DNA of 64,000 bases from contig JACRAM010000057.1 of assembly GCA_016213405.1 (NCBI GenBank), positions 27,773 to 91,772 on the forward strand, written 5' to 3'. Below the pieces are notes generated by a model. It saw only the letters and a program-made list of their open reading frames with translations. It did no database searches and was not told where the DNA came from. Below are positions 48,125 through 55,926 of this stretch, in pieces; position 1 is the first letter of the stretch; every line of letters starts with the position of its first letter. This DNA is from Bacteroidota bacterium (GTDB taxonomy: Bacteria > Bacteroidota > Bacteroidia > Palsa-948). The position numbers were made by a program, and so were the translations under genes.

Positions 48125-49330
48125 TCAAAACATTTTTCGGTAACACCGCTTACGCTTGTGCTGAATATGCTCGTAACTCTTCCAGTTGGAAATGGCGTTG
48201 AGGTTGGTTTCAAAAATGCCGGTGGTCTCTATGTGCTTCATCCCCTTGCTCACCATTTCTTTCTGTATCTCTGCCATGAGAACCACACCCGCGCCTGTGT
48301 ACATCACTTCTTTTTTCACGCCTGTGAGCAGTTGGTCCATCACATCCTTGCCTTTGCGTGCCTTGAGGATGTGCAAAAAACCGAACGGGAAAAGTTTTCC
48401 GTTTGCTTTTTGCATGGCTTCGGATAAAGAAGGAAGACCTACGATGAATCCAACCAAAGCCCCCCTTAATCCCCCCGAAAGGGGGAAACTTGCGGATGCT
48501 TTTCCTGTGCTCCCCCCTTTGGGGGGAGGGGCTATTACCATCTTTACAAATTCAGGATTGAGAAGCTTGATATATTTCTCTTTGTAGAACGCCATCATCT
48601 TAGGAGAAAACTCTGAAACGAACGGGAGTTCGCTGAACGCGTCATTAAGTATCTTGAAAATAGTATCGGAATGCGGAAGCAGTTCATTCATTGTTTTAAA
48701 ATGAAGCACTTCTATGCCGTAGCGTTTCTGAATCAGTGCAGCACCGCGGGTTACTTTATCCACGATTCTCGGGTTGACAGTGAGGCGGAACTCGAGCCAG
48801 TCAATTTCTTTTACGTAGCCGAGTTTTTCTAAGTGCCGGTGATAATATTCATGATGATACACCGAACCGATAGATTGCAGATGGTTAAAACCTTCCACCA
48901 ACATTCCCTGCGTATCTAAATTCGCAAAGCCAAGCGGACCGTGAATGCCGATGGCTCCGTTTTCTTTTGCCCATGCTTCAACAGTGGAAATAAGCTTTGC
49001 GATTACTTCTGGAGAACCTGTGGTGAGCGGAGTCGAACCATCAAAGAATTCCAAGCGCGAGAAGCGCGCCATCTTTTCGTCTGTCTTTTTATTGTACTCT
49101 TCATTGATGATGGCTCCGATCCTTCCAACGCACTTGCCGTTCTTATAGGCTAACCAGAACTTTGCCTTGCAGAAATCAAACGCAGGATTTGTTTCCGCGA
49201 AAAGCGATTTCATTTCTCCTGCCTTCAATGGAGGAACCCAAAATTTATTGCCTTTGTAAATGTCAAACGGAAGATTTACAAACTGCTTTGCGTCACTCTT
49301 TGATTTAACTTGCTTTATTTCTATTGACAT
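48125..49330 (-). CDS. Hypothetical protein (possibly GNAT-fold acyltransferase-like) carrying an in-frame GC-rich element insertion
   Basis: No secure motif. The product contains the Pro/Gly-rich segment PPPKGGSTGKASASFPLSGGLRGA encoded by the palindromic element at 48458-48533. Confidence 0.35.
   Translation of the reverse strand: MSIEIKQVKSKSDAKQFVNLPFDIYKGNKFWVPPLKAGEMKSLFAETNPAFDFCKAKFWLAYKNGKCVGRIGAIINEEYNKKTDEKMARFSRLEFFDGSTPLTTGSPEVIAKLISTVEAWAKENGAIGIHGPLGFANLDTQGMLVEGFNHLQSIGSVYHHEYYHRHLEKLGYVKEIDWLEFRLTVNPRIVDKVTRGAALIQKRYGIEVLHFKTMNELLPHSDTIFKILNDAFSELPFVSEFSPKMMAFYKEKYIKLLNPEFVKMVIAPPPKGGSTGKASASFPLSGGLRGALVGFIVGLPSLSEAMQKANGKLFPFGFLHILKARKGKDVMDQLLTGVKKEVMYTGAGVVLMAEIQKEMVSKGMKHIETTGIFETNLNAISNWKSYEHIQHKRKRCYRKMF
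48458..48533. repeat. GC-rich palindromic element inserted in-frame in gene 48125..49330
   Basis: AGCCCCCCTTAATCCCCCCGAAAGGGGGAAACTTGC...CTCCCCCCTTTGGGGGGAGGGGCT. Stems CCCCC/GGGGG and CTCCCCCC/GGGGGGAG. The host reading frame is preserved. Confidence 0.6.
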
Positions 49331-49376
49331 AATTCTTTCTAACGGACAAATGTAATTCTATTTAATAAAATTCCAA

Positions 49377-49455
49377 CGAAGTACAAATCGTTACGAACTA
49401 CGAACGAATGTATTATTCGCTCTTCGTATGTTCGTGAATTTTTGTTCGTACTTCG
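49377..49455. promoter_or_regulatory. Composite imperfect inverted repeat built from TACGAAC/GTTCGTA half-sites upstream of gene 48125..49330 (-)
   Basis: CGAAGTACAAATCGTTACGAACTACGAACGAATG...TTCGTATGTTCGTGAATTTTTGTTCGTACTTCG. Two direct plus two inverted copies of TACGAAC, with outer arms CGAAGTAC/GTACTTCG. Confidence 0.4.
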
Positions 49456-49463
49456 ATGGGGTT

Positions 49464-50225
49464 TTAATTCAATCCCCGCTTCTTCTTAATATTCTCATAG
49501 GCTTCCTGCACCTTTTTAAATTTTTCGGTTGCCGAGCGCTGAACTTCTTCGCCTTCCTGTGCCACTTTATCGGGATGAAACTTGAGCGCCATCTTGCGGT
49601 ATGCCTTTTTTATTTCTTCATCGGTTGCCTTTTCATCCGTTTCAAGAATTTTGTAATCGCTGGTTGCATCGCGGTAATACATCGCCTTGATGGAATGCAT
49701 GTCGGCAGAATTAATTCCCATGTAATAGGCAATCTGTTCGATGGTAGAAATTTCGGCAGGGTGAATGGTTCCGTCAGCGTTGGAAAGTCCGTAGAGATAA
49801 TGAATGAGCTGCAGGCGCGAAGCAATGGGCATGAACTGTTTTATCTGTGCGCACACTTCGCGAATATCAATATCGCGCTTGAGAATTTCTTTGAGCAGAA
49901 GCATGTCGGCATTTGCTTTTGCTTCTCCGAACTGCCGGACGAAAAACCTTCTAACAAACTCCAACTCTGATTTCATTACAGCGCCATCGCTTTTCATCAC
50001 TGCGCCTGAAAGCACAAGAAGGGAAGCGGTGAAATCATTCACGGTGGCGGAAGCATAGGATGATGAAGTGGTTGTTCTTCCGCGCGTAACGGTTACTTCG
50101 CTTTCATCCAGCAAGGAGCCGAGTCCAAATCCAATGAGCGCTCCTATGGGTCCGCCAAGCGCCCAACCGAGTCCTCCACCTAACCATTTTCCAAAAGCCA
50201 TTTTCAGTCTGTAAATAAGCTCCAA
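49464..50225 (-). CDS. djlA: DjlA-like co-chaperone (N-terminal TM, TerB-like domain, C-terminal J domain)
   Basis: C-terminal J-domain YKILETDEKATDEEIKKAYRKMALKFHPDKV, N-terminal Gly-zipper TM, central TerB-like region. Confidence 0.65.
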   Translation of the reverse strand: MELIYRLKMAFGKWLGGGLGWALGGPIGALIGFGLGSLLDESEVTVTRGRTTTSSSYASATVNDFTASLLVLSGAVMKSDGAVMKSELEFVRRFFVRQFGEAKANADMLLLKEILKRDIDIREVCAQIKQFMPIASRLQLIHYLYGLSNADGTIHPAEISTIEQIAYYMGINSADMHSIKAMYYRDATSDYKILETDEKATDEEIKKAYRKMALKFHPDKVAQEGEEVQRSATEKFKKVQEAYENIKKKRGLN

Positions 50226-50353
50226 AGGAGTTCCTTCGGGAGAAAGCGAATGTACGAAACTCCTTTTCTCACTATGGTAAATTAAATTATCTTTGCGTCC
50301 CTTTTACCCGTAGGAAAATTTTCAACAGGTTTAACAGTAAATAAAAAATTCAA

Positions 50354-50914
50354 ATGGATACCACACAAGACATCAGCCTCGGCTCGGTGATCCGCTACAA
50401 CGGAGACCTTTGCCAGATAACCGAATTACAGCACCGCACACCGGGAAATAAACGTGCGTTCGTTCAGGTAAGAATGCGCAACCTCCGCACAGGAAAAACA
50501 CTTGACCAGCGCTACCGTTCTGGCGAACAACTTGAGATCGCGCGCCTCGAATATAAAATGATGCAATACCTCTATCCCGAAGGTGAAACGCTTGTTTGCA
50601 TGGATCCGATTACGTTTGAACAGATTTATGTTCCGAAAATGCTTTTCGGTGAAGGCACAAAGTTTCTGAAAGAGAACATGGAAGTGAAAATCGGAATTGA
50701 AAGCGATATTGCCATTTATGCCGAACCACCCACTTTTGTTGAAGTGGAAATCACTCACACCGAACCCGGAGTGAAAGGCAACACCGCCACCAACGCAATG
50801 AAACCTGCCACGGTTGAAACAGGCGCAACGGTTAACGTTCCTTTGTTCGTGAATCAAGGTGACAAAATCCGCATTGACACACGCACGAGCGAATATGTGG
50901 AGAGGGTAAAATAA
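50354..50914 (+). CDS. efp: Elongation factor P
   Basis: ...GSVIRYNGDLCQITELQHRTPGNKRAFVQVRMRNLRTGK... (KOW-like), 186 aa. Confidence 0.9.
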   Translation: MDTTQDISLGSVIRYNGDLCQITELQHRTPGNKRAFVQVRMRNLRTGKTLDQRYRSGEQLEIARLEYKMMQYLYPEGETLVCMDPITFEQIYVPKMLFGEGTKFLKENMEVKIGIESDIAIYAEPPTFVEVEITHTEPGVKGNTATNAMKPATVETGATVNVPLFVNQGDKIRIDTRTSEYVERVK

Positions 50915-51077
50915 TTTTTGGGCGCGTCCCTTCGGGTCACGCTTTCCGCTTCAATCGTTCGCGCAACAGCCACATGTCACTCCTACGGAGTTTAAATATT
51001 TTTTCGGAATGTATTTCTATTAACATATCGCTCCTGCGGAGCGAAGAAAATACAAATGCAAAATTTTATGGCTGTGC

Positions 51078-51180
51078 TTCCCCGTAGGGGAAAATGTTAA
51101 TAGCCCCGACCTTTAGGACGGGGGCAATTGCGCCACCACACAAACTCCCCTCTCCTGTTTTAGGAGAGGGTTTGGGGGTG
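51078..51180. repeat. Cluster of GC-rich hairpins in the efp-downstream intergenic region
   Basis: TTCCCCGTAGGGGAA, GCCCCGACCTTTAGGACGGGGGC, CCCCTCTCCTGTTTTAGGAGAGGGG (perfect 10-bp stem). The same family as the other GC-rich elements. Also TCGCTCCTGCGGAGCGA at 51035-51051. Confidence 0.55.
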
Positions 51181-51205
51181 AGGTCTATTTACTTTTATCT
51201 TTGCA

Positions 51206-52465
51206 TTGATGACCACTCCTTGGATTATAGTTTTAGTAATGCTAGTCCTCTCTGCATTTTTTTCAGGACTTGAAATCGCTTTTCTCACCGCCAACAAATT
51301 ACGGATTGAATTAATGAGCAAGCGAAATATTTTTCCTGCACAGATTCTCTCTTACTTCATAAAAAATTCTTCGCATTACATCAGTACCATGTTGGTAGGA
51401 AATTGCATTTCACTCGTAGTGTTCAGTATCTTCATGGCTCAGATTCTCCAACCGCATTTGATACAATACATTCAGTCTCCGATATTAATTCTTCTGCTAA
51501 CAACCGTTCTCTCCACAATTTTTATTCTTGTCACGGCTGAGTTTCTCCCCAAAAACCTTTTCAGAATAAATCCAAACCGAACGCTTTCCGTGTTTGCCGT
51601 TCCACTAATGCTCGTTTATCTGGCTTTGTTCCCGATCGTTTTCATCACCAATAAAATCGCTCGTTTCATTCTTACTTTTTTTCTCGGAACAAAATTCCCC
51701 GAGAAGAAACTTGCCTTCGGAAGAATTGACCTGCACCATTACATTCAGGAAAGCACTTCGCCAAACGTGGAGAGGAAGGAATTAGAAAACGAAGTGAAGA
51801 TATTTAAACGCGCCATGGGTTTTTCAAAAGTAAAAGCCCGCGACTGCATGATTCCAAGAACAGAAATCGTTGCAGTGAATGTGGAAGATTCGGTGGAAGA
51901 ACTTAAAAAAACTTTTATTGAAACCCGCCTCTCAAAAATTCTTGTCTTCCGCGACAGCGTGGATAATATCATCGGCTATACACACTCGTATGAAATCTTC
52001 AAGAAGCCGGAAAACATTTTATCGGTGCTTCTTCCTGTGATAATTGTTCCCGAATCCATGTCAGCAAACGAAGTGCTCACGCTTTTCATTCAACAACACA
52101 AGAGCGTTGCGCTGGTGGTAGATGAGTTTGGGGGAACATCGGGCATGCTCACGATGGAAGATATCATTGAAGAAATTTTCGGAGAGATCGAGGACGAGCA
52201 CGACAAAGATGAAATGGTGGAGAAGCAAATATCCGAGAATGAATTTGTTTTTTCAGGCCGGCACGAAATTGATTTCCTGAATGAAAAATACAAGTTGAGT
52301 TTACCGCAATCGGATGAATACACTACACTTGCAGGATTAATTCTTCACATCCGTCAGAGCCTTCCGAAAAATAATGAGATTGTGGTGATAAGTCCGTATG
52401 TTTTCAAAATCATCAGTACTTCAGATACTATGATTGAACAGGTTCAAGTGAAAATTCTCGACTAA
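51206..52465 (+). CDS. CNNM/CorC-HlyC family membrane protein (DUF21 + CBS pair + CorC_HlyC; GldE-like)
   Basis: Four N-terminal TM helices, tandem CBS region, C-terminal transporter-associated domain. Similar architecture to gliding motility protein GldE and hemolysin-family proteins. Confidence 0.65.
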   Translation: MMTTPWIIVLVMLVLSAFFSGLEIAFLTANKLRIELMSKRNIFPAQILSYFIKNSSHYISTMLVGNCISLVVFSIFMAQILQPHLIQYIQSPILILLLTTVLSTIFILVTAEFLPKNLFRINPNRTLSVFAVPLMLVYLALFPIVFITNKIARFILTFFLGTKFPEKKLAFGRIDLHHYIQESTSPNVERKELENEVKIFKRAMGFSKVKARDCMIPRTEIVAVNVEDSVEELKKTFIETRLSKILVFRDSVDNIIGYTHSYEIFKKPENILSVLLPVIIVPESMSANEVLTLFIQQHKSVALVVDEFGGTSGMLTMEDIIEEIFGEIEDEHDKDEMVEKQISENEFVFSGRHEIDFLNEKYKLSLPQSDEYTTLAGLILHIRQSLPKNNEIVVISPYVFKIISTSDTMIEQVQVKILD

Positions 52466-52507
52466 AATATTTTTCCAAAACAATCTTTTCATTCCAAACA
52501 GCAGACC

Positions 52508-52654
52508 TATGTTAAAATTACTTCCTCCTAAAAAGAATCTAAGAATAATTCTCTGCTTTTCTTTCCTGATTACTTGTCTTGTATTTTCTTCCTGTCACAC
52601 TCACAGAAAATGCAATGGAAAAAAAGCCATCATGACACCGATGGGACCGATGTA
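52508..52654 (+). CDS. Possible small ORF (48 aa, signal-peptide-like plus Cys) in the 322-nt leader region upstream of lysC
   Basis: MLKLLPPKKNLRIILCFSFLITCLVFSSCHTHRKCNGKKAIMTPMGPM. Not in the ORF track (under 60 aa). Could equally be non-coding leader. Confidence 0.2.
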
Positions 52655-52787
52655 AAAATTGTGATTTCGACCAAAGCGAGCAGTCTCCTCAAGTGAAGCA
52701 GAAATTATAAGAAGATTCTTCGCTTTGCTCAGACTGACAATTTACCTTCATTCGTATATTCGCAAACCTTAATTCGTTATTCGAAAA

Positions 52788-54173
52788 ATGAAAGTTTTAA
52801 AATTCGGTGGGACATCGCTTGGATCGGCAGAACGGATGAAAAATCTTGTTCAGCTTATCGTGAATGATGAGCCAAAGATTGTTGTTCTTTCTGCCATGAG
52901 CGGAACCACCAATGCATTGGTTGAAATCGCAAATGCACTTTACGAAAGAGAAAACAACAAAGCAAAGCAGCTCATTGACGCACTGGAAAAAAAATACGAA
53001 TTAGTTCTGAAAGAACTTTATTCAAAAGAATCTTCGCTTAACAAAGGAAAAGAGCTAGTAAAGAATCATTTTGAGTTTATCCGCTCTTTCACGCTGGATA
53101 TGTTCACCGCGAATGAGGAAAAAGCCATTCTCGCGCAGGGTGAACTTCTTTCCACCGCTATGGAACATTTTTATCTGGAAGAAATCGGGGTTGATTCTGT
53201 TCTGCTTCCTGCACTCAACTTTATGCGTATTGACGAGAACGATGAACCGGATCTGAAATACATTGAAGAGAACTTAAAAGCGGAATTAAAGAAATACCAA
53301 GCCCTACCTAAATCCTCCCCATCGGGGAGGACTTCAGAAAATACTCCCTCCCTAACGGGGAGGGTTGGGGAGGGGCTCTTATTTATCACACAGGGATATA
53401 TCTGCCGAAATGCATTCGGAGAAATTGATAATCTGAAACGTGGCGGAAGCGATTACACTGCAACGCTCATCGGTGCAGCACTTACTGCGGAAGAAATTCA
53501 AATCTGGACAGATATTGACGGCATGCACAACAATGACCCACGCATTGTTGACAAAACTTTTCCCGTCACTGATTTGTCATTTGAAGAAGCGGCAGAGCTT
53601 GCATATTTTGGAGCGAAGATTCTTCATCCTACCTGCGTAATTCCTGCAAAGAAGAGGAATGTTCCTGTTCGATTGCTGAACACAATGGAACCAAATGCAA
53701 AAGGAACGGTCATAACAAAAAAATCCCCGGGCGATAGAATCACGGCAGTTGCAGCCAAAGACGGAATCATCGCCATCAATATTAAATCTGCTCGAATGCT
53801 TTTAGCTTATGGGTTCCTGAGAAGCGTATTTGAAATTTTTGAGCGCTACAAAACTCCGATCGATATGATTACTACTTCGGAGGTAGCAGTATCGGTTACA
53901 ATTGATAACGACAAAAACTTAGAAGCTATTCTGAAAGAGCTGAAAGAATTTTGTTCTGTTGAAACAGATAAAGACCAAACTATTATTTGCATTGTAGGAA
54001 GTTTCACTGCAGAAAAACAAGGTGTAGCAGTAAAAATTTTTGCTGCGCTATCAACTATTCCTCTGAGAATGATTTCGTATGGCGGCAGCGAGAACAATGT
54101 TTCGGTGCTGGTGGAATCAAAATATAAAAAGGATGCGCTGGTTGCGCTTAATAAAGGATTGTTCAACTTATAA
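52788..54173 (+). CDS. lysC: Aspartate kinase (with C-terminal ACT domains) carrying an in-frame GC-rich element insertion
   Basis: MKVLKFGGTSLGSAERM... N-terminus, LKRGGSDYTATLIGAAL, C-terminal ACT repeats. Insert ALPKSSPSGRTSENTPSLTGRVGEGL immediately before the conserved ITQGY strand. Confidence 0.85.
   Translation: MKVLKFGGTSLGSAERMKNLVQLIVNDEPKIVVLSAMSGTTNALVEIANALYERENNKAKQLIDALEKKYELVLKELYSKESSLNKGKELVKNHFEFIRSFTLDMFTANEEKAILAQGELLSTAMEHFYLEEIGVDSVLLPALNFMRIDENDEPDLKYIEENLKAELKKYQALPKSSPSGRTSENTPSLTGRVGEGLLFITQGYICRNAFGEIDNLKRGGSDYTATLIGAALTAEEIQIWTDIDGMHNNDPRIVDKTFPVTDLSFEEAAELAYFGAKILHPTCVIPAKKRNVPVRLLNTMEPNAKGTVITKKSPGDRITAVAAKDGIIAINIKSARMLLAYGFLRSVFEIFERYKTPIDMITTSEVAVSVTIDNDKNLEAILKELKEFCSVETDKDQTIICIVGSFTAEKQGVAVKIFAALSTIPLRMISYGGSENNVSVLVESKYKKDALVALNKGLFNL
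53312..53378. repeat. GC-rich palindromic element inserted in-frame in lysC
   Basis: CCTCCCCATCGGGGAGG plus ACTCCCTCCCTAACGGGGAGGGTTGGGGAGGGGCTC. The second part is the reverse complement of the core at 63916-63950 and 45998-46034. Confidence 0.7.
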
Positions 54174-54181
54174 TGTATTAA

Positions 54182-54729
54182 CCCCATGCTTCAGCATGGG
54201 GGATAAAAACGGAAAACAAAAAGGGCTTTAGCCCTGAATTGAAAACGAGAATGTCATTTGTAAAAATATGGGTGCATGCAGTATGGGGTACTAAAAACCG
54301 TACTCCTGTTCTTTCGAAAGAGATTCGAATGAAATTGTTTCAGCACATAAGAGAAAATGCAAAGGAAAAAGAAATCTATATTGATTTTATTAATGGACAT
54401 CTTGACCATGTTCATTGTTTGCTTGCATTGAATGCCGAAATGAGCATTTCAAAAGCAATTCAATTGCTTAAAGGCGAATCAGCATTCTGGGCAAACAAAA
54501 ATAAATTAACAGAAGCAAAATTAGAGTGGGCAGACGAATACTTCGCTGTTTCCGTCAGCGAATCTTTGATTGACAAAGTCAGAGATTACATAAAAAATCA
54601 GGAACAACATCATGCAAAAATTACATTCATGCAGGAGTATGAAAATTTTATGCAGAAATATGAATTTATAAATCATGGCTAAAGCCCTTTTAATACGATT
54701 ATGATATACTCCACACTTAAGTGCGGAGT
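54182..54729 (+). mobile_element. REP-associated tyrosine transposase (RAYT)-like unit: Y1 HUH transposase gene flanked by small inverted hairpins. Inserted between lysC and lysA.
   Basis: Flanks: CCCCATGCTTCAGCATGGGGG (54182-54202) and AGGGCTTTAGCCCT (54222-54235) upstream; GGCTAAAGCCC (54678-54688) and ACTCCACACTTAAGTGCGGAGT (54708-54729) downstream. Confidence 0.55.
54239..54682 (+). CDS. IS200/IS605-type Y1 (HUH) transposase, REP-associated tyrosine transposase (RAYT)-like
   Basis: MKTRMSFVKIWVHAVWGTKNRTPVLS... and HUH motif in GHLDHVHCLLAL. 147 aa, typical size. Single-domain Y1 transposase. Confidence 0.6.
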   Translation: MKTRMSFVKIWVHAVWGTKNRTPVLSKEIRMKLFQHIRENAKEKEIYIDFINGHLDHVHCLLALNAEMSISKAIQLLKGESAFWANKNKLTEAKLEWADEYFAVSVSESLIDKVRDYIKNQEQHHAKITFMQEYENFMQKYEFINHG

Positions 54730-54738
54730 TAAAACAAA

Positions 54739-55926
54739 ATGTTCAGCAAAGAAACCATACAAAAATTCCAGAGCACTCCTACTCCATTTTATTATTATGA
54801 TTTGGATTTGCTGAATCGTACCATTGAAGCACTGAAAAAAGAATCGGAGAAATATAGCTACCACATTCATTACGCTCTCAAAGCAAATGCGAATGATGAA
54901 ATACTTTCTGTGATTAAAAAATCAGGATTAGGTGCAGACTGCGTGAGCGGAAATGAGGTGAAGAAAGCCAGCGAACACAAGTTTGAAAAAATATTTTTTG
55001 CAGGAGTCGGAAAAAGCGATGAAGAAATAAATACCGCACTGGATTGCAACATTACTTGTTTCAATTGTGAAAGTTTGCAGGAGATTGAAGTAATAAATGA
55101 ACTTGCGAAGAAAAAAAGCAAAATCGCGCAAATCGCTTTCCGCATAAATCCGAATGTGAACGCGAATACGCATAAATACATTACTACAGGATTGGAAGAA
55201 AATAAATTCGGAATTAATATCTGGGAACTGGAAGAAGTGGTGAAGAGAACACAGCAACTGAAGAATATAAAAATTTCAGGAATTCATTTTCACATCGGGT
55301 CGCAGATTACGGATTTGAGCGCATTCAAATCACTTTGCTTGCGCGCGAATGAAATTCAGAGTTGGTTTGTGAGTCACAAGGTTTCATTGGAACATATAAA
55401 TGTCGGAGGCGGTCTAGGTGTGGATTACCACTACCCCGACAAAAATTCAATACCTGATTTTTCTTCTTACTTTGGCTTGTTCAAACAATTTTTAGAACTA
55501 CGCCCGAAACAAATTCTCCATTTTGAAATCGGCAGAGCCATTGTGGCACAATGCGGAAGCTTGATTTCAAAAGTGCTCTATGTAAAAAAAGGAGTGAGCA
55601 CAAGTTTTGTAATTCTTGATGCAGGAATGACAGAATTGATTCGTCCTGCACTGTATCAATCGTATCACAAAATACAGAAGTTAGGAGTTGGGGGTTCGGA
55701 GTTGGGAGCAACAGCCAACTCCTCCGAACTCCACACTCCACACTCCGCACTAATGAAATATGATGTGGTGGGTCCCATCTGCGAATCATCCGACTGTTTT
55801 GGCAAAGCGGTAATGCTTCCTGAAACAAAGCGTGGGGATTTAGTTGCTATCCGTACAACTGGCGCGTACGGTGAAGTAATGGCTTCGCAATATAATTTAA
55901 GAGAGAAGGTGAAGGCATTTTATTAG
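54739..55926 (+). CDS. lysA: Diaminopimelate decarboxylase carrying an in-frame GC-rich element insertion
   Basis: PLP fold-III decarboxylase: ...YHIHYALKANAN..., ...GGGLGVDY..., C-terminal ...ESSDCFGK...GAYG.... Insert LGVGGSELGATANSSELHTPHSA between conserved blocks. Confidence 0.85.
   Translation: MFSKETIQKFQSTPTPFYYYDLDLLNRTIEALKKESEKYSYHIHYALKANANDEILSVIKKSGLGADCVSGNEVKKASEHKFEKIFFAGVGKSDEEINTALDCNITCFNCESLQEIEVINELAKKKSKIAQIAFRINPNVNANTHKYITTGLEENKFGINIWELEEVVKRTQQLKNIKISGIHFHIGSQITDLSAFKSLCLRANEIQSWFVSHKVSLEHINVGGGLGVDYHYPDKNSIPDFSSYFGLFKQFLELRPKQILHFEIGRAIVAQCGSLISKVLYVKKGVSTSFVILDAGMTELIRPALYQSYHKIQKLGVGGSELGATANSSELHTPHSALMKYDVVGPICESSDCFGKAVMLPETKRGDLVAIRTTGAYGEVMASQYNLREKVKAFY
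55684..55750. repeat. GC-rich palindromic element inserted in-frame in lysA
   Basis: GGAGTTGGGGGTTCGGAGTTGGGAGCAACAGCCAACTCCTCCGAACTCCACACTCCACACTCCGCAC. Arms TTCGGAGTTGG / CCAACTCC(TC)CGAA. ACTCCACACT is shared with the hairpin at 54708. Confidence 0.6.

Noticed and set aside
47065-48213. Long N-terminal extension of the Kelch-repeat gene overlapping gene 48125..49330
   Set aside because: The extension lacks a signal peptide and overlaps the upstream gene by 88 nt. A GTG at 48024 followed by a canonical signal peptide is the more plausible start.
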